A stretch of DNA of 64,000 nt, taken from NCBI RefSeq assembly GCF_000142905.1, contig NW_013657659.1, positions 20,233-84,232 on the forward strand, written 5' to 3'. Below are positions 35,441-45,000 of the stretch, in pieces. Each line of letters starts with the position of its first letter. The first letter of the stretch is position 1. The position numbers and the translations under genes are program-made. The notes beneath the pieces are model-generated. The model was not told where the DNA came from. It was given only the letters and a program-made list of their open reading frames with translations, and did no database searches. Source of the DNA: Thecamonas trahens ATCC 50062 (lineage: Eukaryota; Protista; Apusomonadida).

Positions 35441-38117
35441 TTGGCGCGAAGCACCGCGAGGAGACACTCACCGGCCAGGTCGCGGAAGGATGCATGCAGG
35501 GCAAGAAGGGGAGTTGAAACGGCCTACAAGAACTACCACTCTGCCCTGGCGGCGTACGACAGCTGCATGAGTGAGGGCATAGCCGAGGCCAAGGTGCGCA
35601 TAGCTGAGGCCAAGGTCGGAGTGGCCGAGGCCAAGGTCGACGAGGCCGAGGCCAAGGTTGACGAGGCCGAAACCAGGGTTGACAAGGCCGAGGCTATGGT
35701 CGGTGTGGCCGAGGCCGAGATCCGGGTGGCCAAGGCCAAGGTCGGGGTGGCCGAGGCTAGGCACGAGGCAGTGATTGGCGCACGGCATGCTGGAGTCGCA
35801 ACGGATGCCGACGTGGCCGAGGCCAAGGTCGGGGTGGCCGAGGCCAAGGTCGGGGTGGCCGAGGCTAGGCACGAGGCAGTGATTGGCGCACGGCATGCTG
35901 GAGTCGCAACGGATGCCGACGTGGCCGAGGCCAAGGTTGACGTGGCCGAGGCCAAGATCGGGGTGGCCGAGGCCAAGGTTGTCGTGCTCGAGGCCAAACT
36001 GCGCGAAGCGACTGCGTGTGACGCCAGCGAGGCCGAGATCGAATCAATCACGACACGACTCAAACTCGCCTCGCAAGAACTGACCCATGCCTCGCCGGCT
36101 AACGAGAAGCTCCACCCGCAGATCGGCATTATTCAGCCGCACGGGGCAGCCTCCAAGTCTAGGGCAAAGGGCTTTGCGTCACACCTATCGCCGGTCTCGG
36201 ATCCGGCAGCACTCTACCCTCTGCTGGTGACCGGGCACCTGAAGATGGTTGGATGGCCGGAGCAGGAGAGCCAGTCACCTTCGGCAAGCAGTGGAGCTTT
36301 GTCCGTGGCCGATCTTGCCAGTGGGCCGGAAGACCTCGGCAGTGGCGCTGCTGCCTCTCCGCCCACTTGCCAGTTTGTCGAGCTCGACCACAACGTCGCC
36401 CTGGGAATGTTTAGCCGCGTTGGTAACCTGCAGGCTGCTACGCAAAAGGCTGTGCGTGACATCACCCAATCTCTCTGGCCTCTGGTCTTCACCTCCAGCT
36501 CTAGCCCGTGTGTCGGGCTTGATGCTGACCCAATGCAGACCTTCCATCTCGAACGCACTTTCCTCTCGGAGCTCACGTCGTCGCTTTACGTCTTTCTTCG
36601 CGACGAGATCTCGACTCCTTTCCGAGTGACACGGAGCTGGCCAAGCACACGGCCAGTGCTTTGGATTTTGCTTGCAGCATCGAGCAGATCTCGACAAGGT
36701 CATTGCCAGCGCGACATCAGTCGAGCGCGCAACAACGCGTTTGGCCGCTATCACGTCGGAGCTGGCCCAGTCCGGATCGTCGTCGTCACGTCCAGACTCA
36801 AACCGTCGGGCAACCGAGCTGCTTGCCGCGATGATCGAGGCGGAGGAAGAACTGACCAACCCGCAACTGGAGCAGATTCCGGTTCGGGTGACGAATGCGC
36901 GCGAGAGCCGCGAAGACTCGCATGATCCCAGTTCCTCGGACGCACGCAGTGCTGATGCTGTTGTGTTCAACCGAAGCCCACTGCGGACGTGGATGTGGGT
37001 CGAACACCCGGTACTCCGCAACGCGCAGCCGGACGTACTCTGGGGCCTCCACTCCCAGCAGGTCAAGCTCGGCTTTGGCATCTTTGAGCCCGGCAGTTCC
37101 TCCAAGGGGGGACAAGTCGAGGCGTACGCTTCTGCGTTGGGGCTGGCTGCTGCTGGCTACCCTGCTGTGATTTCGATCCTCTCACTCTCGGGGTCGTTTC
37201 CCACGCCGGAAAACTCCGGCGCCAACATCTCGCTGCAACTTGCAGCTCACCTTGTCGGCGAAAACCAGGTGCAGCATGTAGCTGTGGGCCTCCTCAAGAC
37301 CGACTCGCTCACATCGTACGTGGACATTGTGGCCGGCTTTGCAGTTTCGATGTCCGAGGTCACCCAGATCATGGTCAAGCGCCTGGCGGACCCAAGCCTT
37401 GCGCCGCAGCAGTTTGGGCCCAACGTGGCGGTTGTCGCCGGATTTGTCTTCAAGTGGTTCCGCCCCTCCTCCTGCCGCTGGCCGAACCTGGATGCGTGGA
37501 CGATTGCGTCGCCCGAGCTGCGGATGTGCTTGATGGTGGTCGACAAAGCGTTCACCGTTCTCCACGGACCCCACAACGAGACGGTCGAGGCGCTACCTGG
37601 TCATGTTGCTGTCGTTGTCACCAAGGCTGTGACCGATGTTGAGGTTGACGACACGGGCGTGACTACGGCCCACTTTGACGACGTGGCGGCCCGGCTGAAG
37701 AAGCTCCATGCCGCGGGCATTGTCCATGGCGACGTCCGCCGTAGCAACATTGTCTTTGGCAACAACGGCAAAGGTTACCTCATTGACTTTGACCTTGCGC
37801 GGCCGGTCGGAACCGTGTACCCGGCACGTCTCCGTGTGGTGCGCGACGGGTCACGCGCGCCTGGTTGTGTCAACTCAACAGCCATCATGGCGGTTGCGCA
37901 CGACGTATTTGCGTTGGGTGGCGTGATGGAGCTGTACCAAGCCGTCGACAATGGCAGACAGAGCGAGTGGATCGCTCTCGTCGAATCGTTGAAAGCGGAG
38001 GAGTACGGTGCCGCGGTCGGCAAGCTGCCGAGCGAGTGGCCAAGCCCGCCGTTCCTGCTGCAGCGCACCAGGTCCGCCCGCAGCAAGTCGTGGTCACGCG
38101 GAACTGGGTCGCCGTAA
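35441..38117 (+). CDS. Heptad-repeat coiled coil + PD-(D/E)xK-like domain + atypical protein kinase (Crinkler-type architecture); frame disruption at about 36620-36690
   Basis: AEAKVGV heptads at about 35580-36000, QPDVLW...IFE...QVEAY at about 37025-37130, and LHAAGIVHGDVRRSNIVF...YLIDFDLA...HDVFALG. The start is uncertain (first in-frame ATG 35567). Confidence 0.7.
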
Positions 38118-38373
38118 ACAACTACCATGGCCTCATCCTTGAACGAGCCGTGCCGATCTGCGCGTCGTCGCTACAGGGCGGATTGCATGGTCAAAGTAAG
38201 CAGCGCGTCGACTATGAGTAGCAGCATGTGACATGTGATCCGGAACTTGGCTTGGCTTGGCCAGCGTTCTCGAACATGATCACTCACAGCGCCCACTTCC
38301 CTTCCACCACCGCCAACTAACCGATCAATCTCGATCATGATCTCCCCCTTCCCTCACCCACCCATACCCATAG

Positions 38374-39357
38374 CCGGCCAAAAACCCTCTCTGACATTGC
38401 GCATCAAAACGAAGTTGTTGCTACACTGCAGGGATGTGTGGATAATGACCAGCTCCCACATCTGCTGTTCTACGGACCGCCTGGCACGGGAAAGACTTCG
38501 GCTATTCTGGCCTTTGCTCATCAGCTCTGGGTCCGCTCATGAAGGAGAGGGTCCTTGAGCTCAATGCCTCGGATGAGCGTGGTATTGCTGCGGTGCGGAC
38601 TCGTATCAAGAATTTTGCAAAGATTGCGGTGGCTAAGACCACCGTCGAGGGCTTCCCTTGCCCGCCCATCAAGCTCATCATTCTCGACGAGGCCGACTCG
38701 CTGACGCCTGCAGCTCAGTCGGCGCTCCGCCGGACCATGGAGCTGTACTCCAAGTTTACTCGGTTCTGCCTCATCGGCAACTACGTCTCTCGCATCATCG
38801 ACCCCATCACGTCGCGCTGCTCAAAGTTCCGCTTCAAGCCGCTGCCGGCAGACGTCGTCACGGCCCGCGTCACTCGCATCGCCGCCGACGAAGGTCTCGC
38901 CGTCGCCCCGGCCGTCCTCGACGCTATTATGCAGGTCTCCGGCGGTGACATGCGCAAGGCCGTCACTCTCCTCCAGTCCGGATTCCGCCTCTACGGCGCC
39001 GAGCTCGACGCCGACGCCGTCTTTGACCTCTCCGGCGAGCTCCCACCCTCCCGCCTCGACGCCCTTCTCGATGTCATCCGCTCCAACAAGTTCTCCCAGC
39101 TCAAGGCTGCTGTTGAGGACCTGGTCCTCGACGGCTTTTCAGGCGACAAGCTTGTCATTGCTCTCTCCGACTGGGTCGTCGCCACCGCAGACATCTCAGA
39201 CCTCCAGAAGGCCTTTATCATGCGTCGCCTGGCCCTTGCCGACAAGGCTCTCCAGGACGGTGCCGACGAGTACCTGCAGATGCTCGACCTCGCCTCTCAC
39301 ACTATGCGCGTCTACGCCAAGCTCCCGCTCAACCTTGGCGTCCGCGAGTCGCTGTAA
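38374..39357 (+). CDS. RFC4: Replication factor C small subunit (human RFC4 / yeast Rfc2 type); first exon unresolved, frameshift near 38530
   Basis: After the TAG acceptor at 38371-38373: RPKTLSDIAHQNEVV...PHLLFYGPPGTGKTS. Then LELNASDERGI, CPPIKLIILDEAD, AQSALRRTME, SRC and GDMRKA. Confidence 0.93.
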
Positions 39358-39374
39358 ACCATTCACCGCCAGCT

Positions 39375-41549
39375 CTACATCTCGCCGCCACCGCCTCCAG
39401 TACTATCCGAGTCCGACCACGCGTCCAGCTCCTCATCTAGCTGGTGCTGTGCAAGCTCGACAGGCACCGACGAGTAAAACGCCCTGAGATACGCGAGCTG
39501 AAACGGTGAGAACGGACCAAACTCGCTGATATCCTTCTTGAGGTCCGAGCACAGCCGCGTCAGGTGCGGCAGCGCCTCCTGGACCTGCACATGCAGCGCA
39601 AACTCGAGCTGGATCATGACGCGGAACTCGGTCCGCATCACGTACCGCATCGAGACCGAAAAAGCCCGTGAGAGCGCGTCCAGCAGGGCGTTGTACTCGC
39701 CCGCCTTACGCCCGTTGAACTTTTCCGCCAGCAGCAGACACGCTGCGCCCAGCAGCTTGAGCGTCGCGCCCACGGCCTTGCCGGCAATGATGAGCTTCTC
39801 AAAGTACACGTACGCCAGTGCAACCGTCGAGAGATCGAGCCCGACCTCCGACGCCACCCCCAGCATCGTCCGCTTCAGCCCGCGTATCCGGCCCAGCGTC
39901 AGCGACGGGTGCAGCTCCTCGTGCCGCTGCCGGAACTGCTCGTTGAGCTGCCGCTTGAGTTCTTTCGGTGCCACATAAGGAACGACAGAGATCATAAGCC
40001 CCGGAAGCTGATACAGCACTCGCTCCGTGCCAGATCGCAGCGACGGATTGTCCAGAAAGTACGGATCGTAGCCCGACTTGGCTACCCCGCCACCGTCAGC
40101 TTCCTCGCCAGCGTCGTCGCCGCCCTCGCTCTCGTGCCCGCTCCCGCCGTCGTCACTGATCCGCCGCTCGTGCATCTCGCGCTCGTTCCCGCCGCCGCTA
40201 CCACTGACTCCGCTGGCCGCACTCCAGCCACCGCCGTCATCATCGCCGCAAAGCCGCTCAAACGTCTTACCCACCCAGACCGGGCGGAGCAAGTCACGGT
40301 GCGACGCCGCTCGCTTTTTGCGGAGAAAGAGCCACGAGTGGTCGACCTCGTCGAGCTCGCCGCCGCCGGCCAGCCCGCCCGGCCCACTCCCGCTCCCGCC
40401 CATGCCAGCCGTCCTCACCCGGAGCTTTGAATCCGACTTGATCACCGAGAACAGCGCAAACGGCGGCGAGTGCAGGATCGGGCCGATGTACATGCACCAT
40501 ATAAGGTTGTCGCCACCATCCGTTGCACCGCTCGTCTCCTCCGAGAACGGGACCGAGAAGAAGATGCGGCAGTTGGACATCATCGAGCCGAGCAGCGACA
40601 CCTGCCGCGACCGTTGCAGCGATCGGATCGAGACCACGTTGTGCGAGTGAACCGCCTGCGACTTGCGAACCTCCACTAGGCCATCATCAGCCATCAGCGA
40701 GCGGATGCCCGGCTCAGCGCCGGCTCGCCCCTCGCCCTCGCCGCTCCGGCCCTGCGCTAACGTCTCCACGTCGCCCCAGTACCGCGTTCCGTGGCTCCGC
40801 GTCCCTAGCTTGATCCCCACCAGAAACTTGATCGCTGCTGCCTTGAACACGTTGGCCTGCGACGGCGCAATCGGTGCAGGCCGCACCTGCCCCGGAAGGC
40901 TCTCGCCGCTCCCGCCGCTGCCTCCCGCCCCTGCACTCGCCACCACCGGCCCGCCACTGACGCTGCCGACGCCGCCGCCAGGCGGCCCGAACTCGCGATC
41001 GCGCGAGGCGGACCGACTCATTCCGGGCGATGCCCGACGTGATGCCAACCGCCGCTGAGCCGGCGACTGCCGCCGGTGATGGACCGCGCCAAGACCGCGC
41101 GCGCCGCGATGCCGATGCGCAGTACCCGGAGGAAGCCCCACACCAGCTGCCGTTCTTTCTCCACTCCCACCCGGCGCTAGAGCCACCACATCAACCTCAC
41201 CATCCGCGTCAACCTCTTGCGTCTCCACCGCAAAGGTGACGATTCTCGGCGTGACCGGACCAGACTCGAGCTCGCCCTCGACCCCAATGACCGACGCGAG
41301 TTCCGGATCATGACCCATGCGATGTCTTCCACCACGACCACCACCTCTATGCCCACCACGATACGCTCTTCCACCATCATCCTCATCATACCCGCCATCA
41401 ACGCCCACATACAGCCCAACTCTATCGTCATTGTCATCATCATCGACCTCGCCCAGACCACCTCTCATACCACCGCCATCGCCTTCTCCACTTCCAGTCA
41501 ACAGCATGGCAACTGAAGTCGGTACAGACCGAGAACGAGGTATAGACAT
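39375..41549 (-). CDS. CABLES: CABLES-like cyclin-fold protein
   Basis: C-terminal YDPYFLDNPSLRSG...PKELKRQLNEQFRQRH...LTLGRIRGLK...TVALAYVYFEKL, preceded by a long low-complexity N-terminus. Confidence 0.85.
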   Translation of the reverse strand: MSIPRSRSVPTSVAMLLTGSGEGDGGGMRGGLGEVDDDDNDDRVGLYVGVDGGYDEDDGGRAYRGGHRGGGRGGRHRMGHDPELASVIGVEGELESGPVTPRIVTFAVETQEVDADGEVDVVALAPGGSGERTAAGVGLPPGTAHRHRGARGLGAVHHRRQSPAQRRLASRRASPGMSRSASRDREFGPPGGGVGSVSGGPVVASAGAGGSGGSGESLPGQVRPAPIAPSQANVFKAAAIKFLVGIKLGTRSHGTRYWGDVETLAQGRSGEGEGRAGAEPGIRSLMADDGLVEVRKSQAVHSHNVVSIRSLQRSRQVSLLGSMMSNCRIFFSVPFSEETSGATDGGDNLIWCMYIGPILHSPPFALFSVIKSDSKLRVRTAGMGGSGSGPGGLAGGGELDEVDHSWLFLRKKRAASHRDLLRPVWVGKTFERLCGDDDGGGWSAASGVSGSGGGNEREMHERRISDDGGSGHESEGGDDAGEEADGGGVAKSGYDPYFLDNPSLRSGTERVLYQLPGLMISVVPYVAPKELKRQLNEQFRQRHEELHPSLTLGRIRGLKRTMLGVASEVGLDLSTVALAYVYFEKLIIAGKAVGATLKLLGAACLLLAEKFNGRKAGEYNALLDALSRAFSVSMRYVMRTEFRVMIQLEFALHVQVQEALPHLTRLCSDLKKDISEFGPFSPFQLAYLRAFYSSVPVELAQHQLDEELDAWSDSDSTGGGGGEM

Positions 41550-41630
41550 GCTGTACAATACGAGTCACCACTCTCAGAGAGCGGTAGCTATAGCCGTAGC
41601 CGTCTACCCGTTCACCTCGTCCACCCTCGT

Positions 41631-41672
41631 CCACAGCTCGGCCACAGCTCGGCCACAGCTCGGCCACAGCTC
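41631..41672. repeat. 11-bp tandem repeat (CCACAGCTCGG)~4 between divergent CABLES and VPS13
   Basis: Read directly from the sequence. Confidence 0.85.
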
Positions 41673-42057
41673 ACCGCCAACTCGACGAGTCGCTGCCATT
41701 GCCTCTCGGCCACCACTCGGCAACTCACCCCGAGAGGCAAGTCAAGTCAACGTGGTGCAAAGGGATCTGGACCTTGACTGCCGAGAACGGCCACACAACC
41801 CATACTCACCAGCAACCTCCACATCACCTTCAACCTCAAGCCGTCGACATCAACCATATCCGGCCACAATCTCATCATCATTACCACCAACACTCTGCTT
41901 ACCCGCGACGAGAATCAAAGAAAACAAAAAGCCACTTCCGATCGATCGCCTGCCGATCGATCAAGATCACGACCACGACCACGTTCACCCCCTCCCCACC
42001 CACCGCCACCACCCCTTCCCCAACCACCTCTCGCTCCCAAACACCACACCTTCAACC

Positions 42058-45000
42058 ATGTTTGAGGGAATGGTGGCGGGTCTACTGACCAAGTACTTGG
42101 GAGACTTTGTAGACAATATTGACCCCAAGCAGTTGTCCATCTCTATCTGGGGAGGTACGTCATCTCCATGTTTTGTTGTCCTGTCACATGCGGTGACGGC
42201 GGCGGCTAGTGTTGCTTTTCCCTCTCATCCATCCCCCAAACTTACGACCTTTTTCCGAGCACATGCTACCCGCTTGCACCACAGGTGACGTTGTCCTGCA
42301 CGACCTGAACCTCAAGCCGGACGCTCTGGCTTCCCTAGAGCTCCCGGTTACAGTCATTCGTGGTGTCATTGGCTCGCTCGTTCTCAAGGCCGACTGGAAG
42401 AACCTCAAGTCCAAGCCGGTCGTCGCCGAGCTCTCGGACGTCTACGTTGTCGCTGGGCCAAAGGCTGCCGAGCCGTACGACGAAAAGACCGAGAACGCCA
42501 AGGCCCAGGCGGCCAAGCAGGCTCAGCTTGTGGCGCTGGAGGATGCCAAGGCCCAGGCTGCGGCGGCCCGCGCTGGTCAGACGCCTGAAGAGCCGGCAGA
42601 CACCTTTACCTCGCGGCTCACCGCCAAGGTCGTCGACAACATCCAGGTCTCCATCCGCAACATCCACATCCGGTACGAGGACGACGTGACCAACCCAGAC
42701 GCTCCCTTTGCCTGCGGCATTACGCTCGAGAACCTCTCGGCGTACTCGACCGACGAGAATTGGGAGCGCAAGTTTCTCGAGGGCGACCATCCGCTCGTCC
42801 ACAAGGTTGTCGACCTCCGCAACCTCGGTGTGTACTGGAACCCGACGCCGCCGGGCGTCCAGCCACGATTTGTGGGTGCTGTTCCGCCTGCGCGATTTGC
42901 GCACTCCATGGGCGCCCTTGTCCCGCGCGTCGGTGCGCCAGTCGGCCACCACTACCTCGTCCGCCCCATCTCCGGCACCACCCACCTCATTCTCAACAAG
43001 CGGACCCGCCCGGACATGGCCGTGCCCAAGATCCAGGTCACCATCGAGCTCGACGCCCTGCAGGTCGAGATGGAGGAGGACCAGTTTGGCTCGGCCATGG
43101 CCCTCTCGCAGGGCTTTTCACTCTACTCGCGCGGCTACAAATACCGCAAACACAAGCCGGCCTCTCGCCCCACAAACGGCGCAGAGTGGTGGGCCCTGGC
43201 TCGCGAGTGCGTCCTTGCAGACGTCCGTGCAAACTCACTCTCGTGGTCGCCGGCCTTCTTCAACCAGCGCATCTCGGACAAGCGCATGTACGTCAAGCTC
43301 TATTCCAAGCACAAGCTCGAGCCGACCAAGATGACCAAGCAGGAGGAGAAGACCCTCGCCATCCTCGAGTCGCGCCTCCTCTTTGACGACATCCGCTACT
43401 TCCGCTCCATTGCAGACGCCCAGATCAAGGACGAGCTCGACGCCCGCGCAGAAGCCAAAAAGGCCTCGTCTGGTGGCTGGTTCTCCGGCTGGTTCGGCGG
43501 CGGAGGGAGTGTCGAGAAGAAGAAGGACAAGGCCAAAGACAAGGCCAAGGCCAAGGGCAAGGGCAAGAGCAAGGGCGAACCGGCAGCTGCCTCGTCCGAC
43601 GCCTCGGGCTCGGCCCTCGCCCTCTCCGACGAGCAGCGTGCCTTCCTCTACTCGGCCATCGACTATGAAGACGGCGAGATGCACGAGACCGAAGTTCCGC
43701 CGGGCTATGTCCACACCAAGGCCACCTTTAGCCTCGGCACTTTCTCCATCTCGCTCAAGCAGGACGAGTCGGCGCCGCTCACCACCACTGCCCTCAACGG
43801 CCTTGTCGTCGACTACAAGCAGCGGCCCGCCAACATGGAGGCTCGTGTCCGCATTGCCGAGCTCTCCGTCTCGGACGAGTTTACCCCGACACCCGCTACC
43901 CGCTCATCGTGTCGACGCCGCCGCCGCCGCCGGGCGTCGACCGCTCGGTCGTCCCGCTCATTGACCTCTTCTACGAGCAGACCCCGCTCGACAAGCACGC
44001 CGACATGGTGGTCAAGCTCTCGGCCCGCCCGCTTGATGTAGTGTACAACGCCGGCTTTGTCACCCGCATCTCCACCATGTTCACCGCCGCAGCCGGCGCA
44101 GACTCAGCCGAGGCCCTCGACGACCTCTCCAAGGCCTACCAATACCAAGTCGACTCGCTTCGCCTCTCAGCCGCCAACAACATTGCCTACGCCGTGGAGA
44201 ACCACACCACCACCGATCTACAGCTCGACGTCGCCGCCCCGCACATCCTCGTCCCATGCTCTATGACCGACGAGACCACAAAGATGCTGGTTGTTGACCT
44301 CGGCAAGCTCTCGGCCCACTCGCAACTTGTTCCGCCGGGCGAGTCCAAGTCCGCCGCCGAGCTGAACGCCCTCTCCTCTGACGACCCGGCGCTGTACGAC
44401 ATCATTAACGTCGCCCTCCACGACGTCCGCGTCCTCGTCACTGACACATCCCGGGTCCCTCTCGATGTGCTCATGTCCCGGGTCCCGACCTCGACTGGCG
44501 ACGACGGCGACGACCTGCTCCGCCACGAGTTCCTCGTCCGCTCGTTCGAGCTCTCGGCCCAGGTCGCCAATTGTGTCCTCCCGTCTAATCCCAAGTTTAC
44601 CAAGGTCAAGGTCGAGGGCTCGCTGCCGTCGCTGGCCGTCGAGGCCTCAACCCACAAGGTCCGCGACCTGATGGCGATTTTAGACGCAGTGGCAGCCGCC
44701 GCCGGCCCGCCGGTGCCTGCCCTTGCTGCCGACCCGCTCGCGCTCGGCGACGAGGGACTCGACGGCGCACCAACTGCGGCGCAGGCGGCTGCTGACGCCG
44801 CTTACGCCGCAGAGGTGGTCGACCACGCCGCAGAGTTGGAGCGCGCCCATGAGGAAGCTGCTGCCGCTGCTGCCCAGGCAGAGGAGATCCGCGACATCGA
44901 CATCCTTGTCCAGCGCCAGCTCATGTTCATCGACTTTGTCATTCACTCGATTGACGTCACGCTCCTCGACGACTTTGACCCGGCCACTCAGGGCCGGACT

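Noticed and set aside
38520-38545. Calling frameshifted genes such as RFC4 pseudogenes
   Set aside because: No decay or nonsense codons were seen beyond single same-sign indels, including in essential genes.
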